DNA of 63,416 nt, filler included, from Reclinomonas americana ATCC 50394 (taxonomy: Eukaryota), in the NCBI GenBank assembly GCA_048213135.1. It is 11 parts of 4 records of this genome, joined end to end, with 100 filler letters (N's around TTAATTAATTAA, not from the genome) between each part and the next. Parts side by side here need not be neighbours in the genome. Positions count along the whole stretch, not along the records: positions 1 to 23,265 come from PS015765.1; positions 23,366 to 27,390 come from PS015765.1; positions 27,491 to 30,002 come from PS015765.1; positions 30,103 to 36,906 come from PS015765.1; 7 more parts are not named here. One strand, written 5' to 3'. Numbering within the stretch: the first letter of the stretch is position 1; the number at the start of each line of letters is the position of its first letter. The position numbers and the translations under genes were made by a program. Shown here in pieces: positions 20,721 to 30,883 of the stretch. The notes under the pieces were generated by a model. That model made no database searches and had not been told where the DNA came from. It worked only from the letters and a program-made list of their open reading frames with translations.

Positions 20721-22778
20721 TCAGTCGGCGCCCGACACGACCCCTCCGGCGCCGGTAGCTTCGCGTATCGCGATCCGCAGGCGCTCCGGTGCGACCGGCT
20801 TGTGCAGCACGATGCGGCCGGTCGCCGTCAGCTCGCGCAGGCGCTCCGGCGACGTGTCGCCGGTCACGATCAGCGCCGGCACGGCATGGCCGAGATACCC
20901 GCTCAGCCGAGCGATCGCCTCGCTTCCGCTCATCCCGCCCGCGAGCCGATAGTCGGCGATGACGAGATCGATGGGCGGCCCGCCCGCCGCGGCATGGCGT
21001 CGGCGGAGCTCCTCTACATCCTGCCCGGCGAACACCTCATGACCCCAGGCGGCCAGCAAGATCGCGAGGCCGTCGAGAATCTGGGCATCGTCGTCCAGCG
21101 CCATGATGCACAGCGTCGCCGACGGAGCCAGCACGGGCCCAGGCGCGGGATTCGTCGTGGCAGTGGCAGTCACGGGCACCCGCACNNNNNNNNNNNNNNN
21201 NNNNNNNNNNNNNNNNNNNNNNNNNNNNNNNNNNNNNNNNNNNNNNNNNNNNNNNNNNNNNNNNNNNNNNNNNNNNNNNNNNNNNNNNNNNNNNNNNNNN
21301 NNNNNNNNNNNNNNNNNNNNNNNNNNNNNNNNNNNNNNNNNNNNNNNNNNNNNNNNNNNNNNNNNNNNNNNNNNNNNNNNNNNNNNNNNNNNNNNNNNNN
21401 NNNNNNNNNNNNNNNNNNNNNNNNNNNNNNNNNNNNNNNNNNNNNNNNNNNNNNNNNNNNNNNNNNNNNNNNNNNNNNNNNNNNNNNNNNNNNNNNNNNN
21501 NNNNNNNNNNNNNNNNNNNNNNNNNNNNNNNNNNNNNNNNNNNNNNNNNNNNNNNNNNNNNNNNNNNNNNNNNNNNNNNNNNNNNNNNNNNNNNNNNNNN
21601 NNNNNNNNNNNNNNNNNNNNNNNNNNNNNNNNNNNNNNNNNNNNNNNNNNNNNNNNNNNNNNNNNNNNNNNNNNNNNNNNNNNNNNNNNNNNNNNNNNNN
21701 NNNNNNNNNNNNNNNNNNNNNNNNNNNNNNNNNNNNNNNNNNNNNNNNNNNNNNNNNNNNNNNNNNNNNNNNNNNNNNNNNNNNNNNNNNNNNNNNNNNN
21801 NNNNNNNNNNNNNNNNNNNNNNNNNNNNNNNNNNNNNNNNNNNNNNNNNNNNNNNNNNNNNNNNNNNNNNNNNNNNNNNNNNNNNNNNNNNNNNNNNNNN
21901 NNNNNNNNNNNNNNNNNNNNNNNNNNNNNNNNNNNNNNNNNNNNNNNNNNNNNNNNNNNNNNNNNNNNNNNNNNNNNNNNNNNNNNNNNNNNNNNNNNNN
22001 NNNNNNNNNNNNNNNNNNNNNNNNNNNNNNNNNNNNNAAGGCTCGCCGTGAACAGCGCCGCCGCATGGATCGGCTGGCGCAGATCATGGCTCGCCGCGGC
22101 GAGGAAGCGTGTCTTCGCCCGGTCCGCGGCCGTGGCCCGGTCGCGCTCGCGTTCGAGGCCCTCGACCAGGGCAAGGTTCTCGAAGCGCAGCGACACCGTC
22201 TCGCGCAGCGCCCGATAGGTGACGAGGCTGTAGTAGAGATAGACGCCGAGCAGACAGGCGGCGAAGACGAGATAGACCGAATAGATCGCCTCCTCCTGCT
22301 GCAGGCAGCGCAGCACGAAAGGCAGCTGCATCGCGATCAACAGGCCGGCATAGGCAGGCGGATAGGCCGAGAGCGACGGCACCGCCCCGCCCGACATGCC
22401 GGTCAGCACGATGCAGACGAAGGCGATCAGATGCGGCTGCTCGGGCACGAAGCCGATCCCGCCGATCACGCCCCAGAGCAGACTCGACAGGATCGAAAGC
22501 AGCGTGAAGCGATGCGCCCAGACCAAGGGCCCCGCCGCCGCGGCACCGCGTCTGAAATAGCTGCGAGAGACCAGGAGCCGTGCGCCGGTCAACACGTAGA
22601 TCGCGCCGATCCAGGCCAGGAGCTGCTGGCCGGGCACCGCCTCGCGCAGCACATAGGCAACCGGCCAGGGAATGACGAAATTGGCGAGCAGGATCGCGCG
22701 CGACTGGCGAAAGAGCAGGTCGATCAACCCGGCCTGCACGCGCTCCTCTCGCCCGGCAGGTGCGGGCGTTTCCATCAT
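20721..22778 (-). CDS. Membrane hybrid sensor histidine kinase with receiver domain (middle in gap)
   Basis: TM segments, KTRFLAAASHDLRQP H-box, receiver LDDD...ADYRL...VTGD...LHKPV. Confidence 0.9.
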   Translation of the reverse strand: MMETPAPAGREERVQAGLIDLLFRQSRAILLANFVIPWPVAYVLREAVPGQQLLAWIGAIYVLTGARLLVSRSYFRRGAAAAGPLVWAHRFTLLSILSSLLWGVIGGIGFVPEQPHLIAFVCIVLTGMSGGAVPSLSAYPPAYAGLLIAMQLPFVLRCLQQEEAIYSVYLVFAACLLGVYLYYSLVTYRALRETVSLRFENLALVEGLERERDRATAADRAKTRFLAAASHDLRQPIHAAALFTASLXXXXXXXXXXXXXXXXXXXXXXXXXXXXXXXXXXXXXXXXXXXXXXXXXXXXXXXXXXXXXXXXXXXXXXXXXXXXXXXXXXXXXXXXXXXXXXXXXXXXXXXXXXXXXXXXXXXXXXXXXXXXXXXXXXXXXXXXXXXXXXXXXXXXXXXXXXXXXXXXXXXXXXXXXXXXXXXXXXXXXXXXXXXXXXXXXXXXXXXXXXXXXXXXXXXXXXXXXXXXXXXXXXXXXXXXXXXXXXXXXXXXXXXXXXXXXXXXXXXXXXXXXXXXXXXXXXXXXXXXXXXXVRVPVTATATTNPAPGPVLAPSATLCIMALDDDAQILDGLAILLAAWGHEVFAGQDVEELRRRHAAAGGPPIDLVIADYRLAGGMSGSEAIARLSGYLGHAVPALIVTGDTSPERLRELTATGRIVLHKPVAPERLRIAIREATGAGGVVSGAD

Positions 22779-22849
22779 GCGTTCACCCGGGGTCTGCGAT
22801 CCGGCCCTGCGACTACCCCGGGTGGATCAGGAGCGCGACAATCTCCGCG

Positions 22850-23265
22850 ATGATTCGCCTCCGCTTTTCGCAAGCCCCGCCCGGAACGGGCCGATCCGGC
22901 CTTCGCATCGTCCTCGCGGACGATCATGCCCTGATCCGCGAGGGCCTGAAGCTGCTGATCGCGACCGAAGGCGAGCACGAGGTCGTCGGCGAGGCAGCTG
23001 ATGGAGCGAGCCTGCTCCGGCTGCTGGCGGCGACTGCGCCGGATCTCCTGGTGCTCGATCTCGGCATGCCGGGGCTGACCGGACTGTCCTATATCCGCGG
23101 CTTGCGCGAACGCTTTCCCCGCCTGCACATCCTGATCCTGACCGCCAATACCGACATGCGGACGGTGGAAGGAGCCCTCGCAGCCGGCGTCGCCGGATAT
23201 CTCGTCAAGGGCGGCGATCTCGACGAGTTCTTCGCCGCGCTCGCGGCACTGCAACGACGCGAAAC
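22850..23265 (+). CDS. NarL/LuxR-type response regulator (3'-partial)
   Basis: IVLADDHALIREGL, LDLGMPG, GYLVK. Confidence 0.88.
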
Positions 23266-23309
23266 NNNNNNNNNNNNNNNNNNNNNNNNNNNNNNNNNNN
23301 NNNNNNNNN

Positions 23310-23321
23310 TTAATTAATTAA
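23310..23321. other. Artificial contig linker TTAATTAATTAA flanked by N runs (also at 27435, 30047, 36951, 39937, 41264, 45849, 52778, 56153, 62135)
   Basis: Identical 12-mer giving stops in all six frames, each flanked by ~44 N. Confidence 0.98.
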
Positions 23322-23749
23322 NNNNNNNNNNNNNNNNNNNNNNNNNNNNNNNNNNNNNNNNNNNNCCGATGCGATCGGGAATCACCACTGTGATCGGCAA
23401 CTTTGGCAGGCTTTTCCTATGACCGACAATACGGCAGATGCCGTAGTGCCCGGTTCCAAGAGCCGAGAGATTTGCCGTTTCCGATCAAGGATCACCGGCG
23501 CGAATCTCGTCATCAAGATGACCGACAACCGCCTCGAAAGTTCATAGTCTCAAGACATCGCATCGGGCGTGGCATCGACTTCCGATACCGGCTCCCGCAA
23601 ACCTTACCGTGACAACAAAAAGAGGGAGGCGGATTCCTGGTCCGCCTCCCTCAAGTCGTACTCTTTTGGAGGCTGAGAACCAAAGCCGGTTTCAACCAGA
23701 TGATAGATTACCAACACCATCGGCAGATGCTGTGAAGAAAATCACGAAT

Positions 23750-24436
23750 TCATCTATTTTCTTGCTGATGATCCATGACACCGAGCGCCTTGCTGACTTC
23801 CGAGCGCAAATACGCTTCGTCCACGATCGTGATGAACCCATCGGAGTTGTCGACGACGCCCATCTTCGCCAATTGGCTCATCTGCTTCGTGACCGTCTCG
23901 CGCTGCGACGCGATCTTGCGCGCGAGTTCGGCATTCGTCGGCATCGGCGAGATGCGCAGCCGCCCGTGCCCGTCGCGGACACCGTAACGAAGCAGCTCCG
24001 AATAGAGCCGCATCTTCATCGGCAGCAATCTGTTCTCGATGTAGAGCCGTCTCATCGTCCGCAGGTGGCCGCACAGCGTCTTCGCCACGAGTTCGGCGAA
24101 GTCCGGCAGGCTCCGCAGGGCGTCGCGGAACTGCCCCTGGCTCATGACGAGGACCGTGGTGTCCTCGACGGCCTGGAAATAGGTTGCCGGCTCGTCATTG
24201 CCGAACGCCGAGAGATCCCCGACGAAATCCCCTGCTTCCAGCTCCGGGAACGGCACGTCGTGCCCCTGCGGCCCCAGGAAGAAGGTCGCAACCTTTCCCG
24301 CCTCGATCAGATAGATATTATCCGATCTATCGTCCGGCTGTTTGATGAAGGAGCCCTTGGCGAACTGCCGCTTCGGGAAGCGGCCACCCAGAAACAAACC
24401 TGGCAGCGGAATCAACGTCGCGGTTCGACTGGCCAT
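23750..24436 (-). CDS. Crp/Fnr family transcriptional regulator
   Basis: IYLIEAGKV, GDFVGDLS cNMP-binding fold; ELARKIASQRETVTK HTH; start position uncertain. Confidence 0.85.
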   Translation of the reverse strand: MASRTATLIPLPGLFLGGRFPKRQFAKGSFIKQPDDRSDNIYLIEAGKVATFFLGPQGHDVPFPELEAGDFVGDLSAFGNDEPATYFQAVEDTTVLVMSQGQFRDALRSLPDFAELVAKTLCGHLRTMRRLYIENRLLPMKMRLYSELLRYGVRDGHGRLRISPMPTNAELARKIASQRETVTKQMSQLAKMGVVDNSDGFITIVDEAYLRSEVSKALGVMDHQQENR

Positions 24437-24753
24437 CAATATCGCCGTCCCCCGGGGCGCCGCAGCAAATGTGGCAGACCCCATGGGTGCACCGCGGGAA
24501 ACCGCGCTGCCCCGGCTCTTCTTCTGTGCACCCACGATTGTAACGCCTCCCTGCCCCCTGGCCTCTCCAGACACCGGGGCGCGGATGGCACGCCCGACGG
24601 TGAATTCCTGGTCGGCGCCGTCCCACCGACCCGTGAACCAGTCATCCGAGCGCTGCGGTGTGCAGTTCACTCCCACAACTTCGGCTCCACCGCGGCTTAT
24701 CCAACAAGTCGATCGCCCACGAACCACCCAAATGGGGTATATGGTCGACGGGA

Positions 24754-25056
24754 TCAGCCAGTAGCATCGATACTGAGCGACTCCATAAATCTATGACGCG
24801 AGGCGCGTTCCTCGTTTCGAGACAGATACTCATCCAGCTTGAGACGGCGCTTCAGGCCGATGCCACTGTCATCCTCGATGAACTCGATGCCATTGGTCAC
24901 GAACAGCGATCGAATCCTGTTTTTCGTTTCAAGCCGAACGCGATCCTTGTTCTCGAAATCGCTGATCGTGCTCTCATTGACGCGAACTTGCCGGCTCAGC
25001 TGCTTGATCGACCAGCCCATCATCGCGCGTGCACTGCGACATTGTTCGCCGTTCAT
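24754..25056 (-). CDS. Small XRE HTH protein
   Basis: QCRSARAMMGWSIKQLS...TISDFE...GIEFI, a common alphaproteobacterial family. Confidence 0.8.
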   Translation of the reverse strand: MNGEQCRSARAMMGWSIKQLSRQVRVNESTISDFENKDRVRLETKNRIRSLFVTNGIEFIEDDSGIGLKRRLKLDEYLSRNEERASRHRFMESLSIDATG

Positions 25057-25130
25057 CTGCCAACCCTGACCGAAACGATCTGCGCTTCCTGGAGAATTTC
25101 AGAGCCACCCCCTCTCCGGGTGGCTAGCCG

Positions 25131-25166
25131 CAAAGCGAAAGGGTCCCCGGCCGAAGCCGGGGACCC
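25131..25166 (-). terminator. Rho-independent terminator of the porin gene
   Basis: GGGTCCCCGGC-(4 nt loop)-GCCGGGGACCC hairpin followed by TTTCGCTTT on the minus strand, 10 nt after the stop. Confidence 0.8.
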
Positions 25167-25175
25167 CGTCATGCA

Positions 25176-26603
25176 TCAGAAGTCGCGCTGGATGCGGAGG
25201 CGACCGGCCCAGGCGTCGTCGTTCTTGATCAGGCGGCCACCGGCGCCGACAGCCAGGCGAGCGCCTGTGTTGTCGACGGCCAGGACCGGCTGACGCAGGT
25301 CGGTACGGGTGTAGAGAACCTCGACACCGATATCGAGACCGGAAACCGGCGACCAGATCAGGTTGCCAGCGACGATCAGCTCCTTCGGGTCAAGCGGACG
25401 GGCGACGAGACCAGTGCCGCCCTGGTTGGCGAGCGTGTAGCCGAGCTTCAGCTCGGAATACGACGCAACCAGCTCCGAGCGCAGGGTCGGAGTCCAGAAG
25501 TGACGCAGAGCGGCGACGACCGACCAGCCGGTCGCGGTCTTGACACGGCCCAGCGCATCGACGCTCACGTCGGCGATCGCCAGGGTCGAACCACCGGCAA
25601 CACCCGAGCCAAGACGACCCGGACCGATCTGACCACCCCAGCCGAGATAGCCGAGCGCGCCGTCGGCATAGGCGGCCTGCAGGAACAGGTGATCGCCAGC
25701 CGCCAGCATCGGCAGGTTGATCTTCACGCCACCCTGGACAGCCCAGCCCCACTCATCCGAGTTCCGCAGAATGACGCCGGCATTGGCAAGGCCGTTCATG
25801 TTGACGTCACGCTGGGTGACGGCACCCGACAGCTGAGCCGAACCCCAACCCTGATCAACGCGTAGCGAAGCAACGACGTCGGGGAAGTTCTGGCCGTTCA
25901 GGAAGGCAGTGGAACCGGGGCTGACAACGCCGTTCTCGCGACCGCCAGTGCCGGAAATACGATCTTCGAGCGAGATCGTCGCCGAGAAGCCCGAACCGAA
26001 GGTGGCGGTGTAGGCCAACAGGTTCAGACGCGAGTCAGCCGTACGGATGGTCGAGAAGCTGAGATCGTTGGCATAGAAGTCGAAGAACGACTGAGCGCGA
26101 CCGGCAGTGATCGGACCGAACTGGATGAAGGCCAGGTCAACCAGCGAAGCGGTCGAGTTGCCGAACGCATCGCCGAAGCGGGTCGGGCGATCGCTGGCGC
26201 GAGCGTTGCCGGGGCCGACGATGCCCTGGTTTCCGCCGTACGAGGTGGTGTTGTTGTAGAAGCTCGTGCTGTTGGTCAGCTCGTAGCGGAAGAAGGTGCG
26301 CAGCGTGCCATAGGCGGTCGCGGTGCGGGCGTCGATGTTCAGGCGACCGCGAGCGCGGGTGCCGTAGCTGTCGTTGGTGTCACCGAACCGCGAACCGACC
26401 GTATACTCGGCGCGGACGCGGCCGCCGACGCGCAGGCAGGTGTCGGTGCCCGGGATATAGAAGAAGCCTGCACCGTAGGCGGAGCAAACACGAACGTACT
26501 CGACGGGAGCGGCCTTCCGTGAGGGAAGGTCAGCAGCGCCGGCACTGGTGGCGACGGCGAAGGCCGCCGTAGCCATGCCCAATGCTGAAACGAAGCTCTT
26601 CAT
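25176..26603 (-). CDS. Omp2/RopA-family porin
   Basis: Signal peptide, ADLPSRKAAPVEYVRVC...FFYIPGTDTCLRVGG, C-terminal RIQRDF. Confidence 0.95.
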   Translation of the reverse strand: MKSFVSALGMATAAFAVATSAGAADLPSRKAAPVEYVRVCSAYGAGFFYIPGTDTCLRVGGRVRAEYTVGSRFGDTNDSYGTRARGRLNIDARTATAYGTLRTFFRYELTNSTSFYNNTTSYGGNQGIVGPGNARASDRPTRFGDAFGNSTASLVDLAFIQFGPITAGRAQSFFDFYANDLSFSTIRTADSRLNLLAYTATFGSGFSATISLEDRISGTGGRENGVVSPGSTAFLNGQNFPDVVASLRVDQGWGSAQLSGAVTQRDVNMNGLANAGVILRNSDEWGWAVQGGVKINLPMLAAGDHLFLQAAYADGALGYLGWGGQIGPGRLGSGVAGGSTLAIADVSVDALGRVKTATGWSVVAALRHFWTPTLRSELVASYSELKLGYTLANQGGTGLVARPLDPKELIVAGNLIWSPVSGLDIGVEVLYTRTDLRQPVLAVDNTGARLAVGAGGRLIKNDDAWAGRLRIQRDF

Positions 26604-27110
26604 CAATGCCTCCAATTGAATTGGCCTATGCCGTGGCTGAGTCTTTTTGAATCAACCTGCATTATTGGTATTATTTTCGGGTATTTCAGATGGTGGAAAT
26701 GTTCACATAACTGAATAGAGTCGCAATATGTTGCATAGCGAGCACATGTGACGTTATTCACTCCGAGAGAATGTGATAAAATTCACGTATCGATGTTCTA
26801 AACATACATTACGTTGCGATCTCATCGAATAAGCACTCGGTGAAAACCTGAGCTCAAGATAAGTCTTCACCTGAGACCAGCGCTTGTTCCGGCCCGAGCG
26901 GACAAACAAGGCCGGGCGACATGCGACGCTCAAAGACTGCGTGGGAGCAACGCGTAGGCAGACGATCTGTCGGTCCGGCATCAGCGGCCGGTCGGAACCG
27001 CAGCGTCGTTCGCAATCTCCGAAGCGGTCGCAGAGACATAGCGGCCGGCAGATGCACTGGCGGCGATCACCAGACGGACATCTGCACGCGTCACCGCATC
27101 GACTGAAGCC

Positions 27111-27939
27111 TCAGCGCCAACTGCGGCGCCACAGCACGAAGACGCCGCAGGCGGCCAATTGCGCCGCGACCAGCAGATAGGACCAGTCGAAGCTCGCCGT
27201 CCGGCTGGCGATGAAGGCGAAGATGAGAGGACCGCAGAACGAGCCGGTGAAGCCGAAAAGGTTCGCCGCCGAGGTGACGTCGCCGATCTGCGTCGGCGGC
27301 GCCAGCCGCGCCAGCTCGGCCATGTAGACCCCGTTCCAGCCCAGCGACGTCGCGCCGATGAACGCGACCGAGCAATACAGGGCCCATGACNNNNNNNNNN
27401 NNNNNNNNNNNNNNNNNNNNNNNNNNNNNNNNNNTTAATTAATTAANNNNNNNNNNNNNNNNNNNNNNNNNNNNNNNNNNNNNNNNNNNNGAGACGCCGG
27501 CGATCGTTCCACCGAGGGGAACGCCGGCCTGCCGGATCGAGAAGATCAGGTTGCGATGGGTGGGCGGCGCCGTGCGCATCAGCATCGTGCTGCCCGCCGG
27601 ATTGTTCGGCGCGGTGCCGAGGCCGAGCACGAGCGCACCGGCGAAGCCGAGAGCGGCAATCGGCTGCGATAGCAGGATCAGGCCGAGGCACATCGCCGCC
27701 AGGCCGATCTGCAAGGTCCGGATCGGGCCGTGATGGTCGAGCATCGGGCCGCCGCAGGCCAGGCACCAGCAAATGCCGATCGAGACGGCGGAGGAGACGT
27801 AGCCGATGCTCTCCGGCGGCAGGTTCCAGCGCTGCGTCAGGATCGGGCCAAGGAGCGGAACAGCTGCGGCAGCGAAGGAGCTGACGACCTGCACGAGGAG
27901 CGTCGCGCTCAAGGCGCTCCCCCACAAAGGCAGCTTCAA
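27111..27939 (-). CDS. MFS transporter, split across a contig linker
   Basis: N-half 27491-27939 (RNLIFSIRQAGVPLGG) and C-half 27111-27390 (GWNGVYMAELARLAP) are on the same strand and in order. Confidence 0.8.
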
Positions 27940-28201
27940 CGCGATCCCCTCCCAGCGTCGTCACCGCGTGCTCCGGCCAGCGGACCGCCCTTCGACAGCG
28001 CCGTGCACGATTTCGGCCTATGCTGGTCTTCCGTGAATCTGCCGTTGCGGTCGAGGGCCAGGCACGCCTTGCCTGACCTGCAGGATTTGCATGCAATCGC
28101 TTCAGCATGGCTGTCGGCGATGGCCCGACAAGATCACTGCGCCCGAGCCAGAAAGGCTCGGGCGCTACAGATCTGCGACTAACGAGGCCGCGCCCCTGAG
28201 A

Positions 28202-29747
28202 TCAGGCGGGCTCGCCGCCCTTGGGCTGGATCGGCTTGGCGGGCGGCTGAGCAGCCTGCTTGGCGGTCCTGCCTGCAGCGTCTCCGAGCGAGGCGGCGAG
28301 AAGCGCCTGGGTCGGGTCGGCGCCCTTGAAACCGGCCTGGGACAGGATCTCGTCGAGGATCGGCTTCTGGGCGGTGAAGCTCAGCAGCTGGCTGGCGAGA
28401 TCGCCCATCGGGTTGCCGTTCGGCTCGCCCGCGCCGCCGCCGAGCGCGCCGGCCAGCCCGCCGGCGCTGAAGATGCGGATGTCGGAGATCTTCTCGATCG
28501 GCTTCATCGCCTGCGCCAGCGCCTGCGGCACGATCTCGACACGCGCCTTCGCCAGCTCGAAATCGATGATGTTGGCGGCGAGCGCGTTGCGCGCCTCGTT
28601 CTTGGCGCGCTCGGCCCNNNNNNNNNNNNNNNNNNNNNNNNNNNNNNNNNNNNNNNNNNNNNNNNNNNNNNNNNNNNNNNNNNNNNNNNNNNNNNNNNNN
28701 NNNNNNNNNNNNNNNNNNNNNNNNNNNNNNNNNNNNNNNNNNNNNNNNNNNNNNNNNNNNNNNNNNNNNNNNNNNNNNNNNNNNNNNNNNNNNNNNNNNN
28801 NNNNNNNNNNNNNNNNNNNNNNNNNNNNNNNNNNNNNNNNNNNNNNNNNNNNNNNNNNNNNNNNNNNNNNNNNNNNNNNNNNNNNNNNNNNNNNNNNNNN
28901 NNNNNNNNNNNNNNNNNNNNNNNNNNNNNNNCGCGAGCTGCTCGGCCTTGGCGCCTCGGCCGGTCTCGGCGGTCTTGTTGGCAATGTCGCGCTCCTGCGT
29001 CAGCTCGGCATCGCGCTGCTCGCGCTCGATGGTCAGGCGCCTGAGCGAGGCTTCGCGGTCCTTGGTCGCGATCTCGACCTCGTTGTCCCTGACGATCTGG
29101 TTGCGCTCGCGCTTGCGCTCCTCGGTGATCTTGGTGAGCGCGGTCAGGCCTTCTGCATCGAAGGTGTTGTTCGGGTTGAAATGCTTGATGTCGGTCTGGT
29201 CGAGCCTTGTCAGCGAGACCGATTCCAGTTCGAGCCCGTTCGACTGCAGGTCATGCGCAACCGCCGCCTGCACCGACTTCACGAATTCGGCGCGCTGTTC
29301 CTGCAGATCGCGCAGCGACATGGTCGCCGCGACCGAGCGCAGGCCGTCGACGAACTTTGCCTCGACCAGCGCCTTGAGGGCGTCGGCGTCGTTGGTCCTG
29401 TCGCCCAGGGTCTGGGCGGCGAGCGCGATGTTCTCCGCATCCGGCTTCACCCGGACATAGAACTCGGCGGTGATGTCGGCCCGCATCCGGTCCTTGGTGA
29501 TCAGCGACTCGTTCTCGGCGCGCTTGACCTCGAGGCGCAGCGTGCTGAGCGAAACCCAGGAATAGGAATGGAAGATCGGCAGGATGACAGAGCCGCCGTC
29601 GAGCACGACCTTCTTGCCGCCGAGTCCGGTGCGGACATAGGCCTTGTCGCGCGTCGCCCGCGTGTAGAGCGACGTCATGATGATGCCGATGACGACGATC
29701 GCCGCGACGATCACGCCGGCGATGATGCCCAGAGAAATGAAGTCCAT
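28202..29747 (-). CDS. yqiK: Flotillin/SPFH protein (YqiK-like), internal gap
   Basis: N-terminal TM, VRTGLGGKKVVLDGG, LITKDRMRAD, NGLELESVSLT, FNPNNTFDAEGLT, MKPIEKISDIRI. Confidence 0.9.
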
Positions 29748-29749
29748 GG

Positions 29750-30002
29750 TCAGCCCCTGCTGGAGTCAACGCTGCCGAGTTCCTGCGGCGCGGGAATGGC
29801 TTGGAACAGACCGTCCGAGCCGTCGACGATCACGACGACAGCCCCGGTCTCGATACGGTGGCCCGGCGCGGCCTTCGCGCGCAGGGTGTGGATGTTGTCG
29901 TAGCGGTCCTTCACACGCACCGCGCCGGGATGGCCCTGGTCGAGCGGTCCGATCGTGACGGTGCCGACGAGGCCGATGAAATCGGCCTGGCTCAACGCAT
30001 TG
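29750..30002 (-). CDS. YqiJ/DUF1449 NfeD-like OB-fold protein (3' part)
   Basis: SQADFIGLVGTVTIG...GHPGAVRVKDRYDNIH; immediately upstream of the flotillin gene. Confidence 0.8.
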
Positions 30003-30102
30003 NNNNNNNNNNNNNNNNNNNNNNNNNNNNNNNNNNNNNNNNNNNNTTAATTAATTAANNNNNNNNNNNNNNNNNNNNNNNNNNNNNNNNNNNNNNNNNN
30101 NN

Positions 30103-30760
30103 TGGCCTTCAGGCGATGGCCGGCCGCGATCGCCACGCCGAGCGCCGCACGGGCCTCCTCGGCGATCTTCTCGATCTCGCGCACGGCCTGCTGGGCGATG
30201 GCGGTGGGATTGGCCCCCTCGGCGGCATCGACCGCATTGTTGACCACGCCGGCGATGACGCGCCCGAGGCGGGCGAGGATACCTTCATTGGACATGGTGG
30301 TCTCCTTCTGGGAATGGAGGCCGGCCTGGACGCCGACCAGGACGTTGATCGACGTGCCGCTGAAGCACAAACGGGCTTCGGCAAAATCATCCCAACCGCC
30401 GCGATACCCATCCACCGAATAGGGGATGACGACGCGGCCACCGATGGTGGCGATGCTCAGGCTGTCGGGGCCCTTGACCGAGAACAGCTTGGAATCGAGC
30501 GGGATGTCGTCGATGGGGGCGCCGACCGCGCGCTTGCTGTGGTCGCGCAAGGCGAGCGTCGCCATGCGCGATGGCAGGCCGGTGCGGGCCCGGATTTCCT
30601 CATAGGCTTCCTCGTGAAGCGCGACGAGATTGGCGCCTTTGGTGCCGTCGAGGATCGCCAGGGCCTGACGATAGGCGACAAGCGTTCCATGGAGCGCCTC
30701 GCGGTCCTCGGGAGCTGGCGACAGAACCAGCGCCATGGTGGTGTGCGGCTTTCCGACCAT
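30103..30760 (-). CDS. PspA/IM30 protein (3'-partial) with an in-frame N-terminal TnpB-like WED/REC domain; internal PspA start at 30295
   Basis: PspA N-terminus MSNEGILARLGRVIAGVVNNAVDAAEGANP..QQAVREIE is preceded, with no stop, by 155 aa resembling the TnpB N-lobe; AAGGAG RBS at 30307-30302. Confidence 0.8.
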
Positions 30761-30795
30761 ACCGATAGTATAAAGCACTTCTTTAGTGCTTTCAA
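30761..30795 (-). promoter_or_regulatory. Sigma70 promoter (apparently leaderless) with inverted-repeat operator candidate
   Basis: TTGAAA(30795-90)-17 nt-TATACT(30772-67)-6 nt-ATG(30760); AAAGCACT-N5-AGTGCTTT at 30772-30792. Confidence 0.8.
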
Positions 30796-30883
30796 GAGCC
30801 GCTGGTTGCGCTGCCGCAGAAGGCCCTATTGCCGGTTGCTGCGCGGCGCCCCTGACGAGGAGCCCGGGCGAGCAAGCCGGTTG

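Noticed and set aside
30296..30760. Active IS200/IS605 element or Cas12f nuclease
   Set aside because: No RuvC or Zn-finger region, no tnpA, and no array or IS end hairpins visible; only the N-lobe is present.
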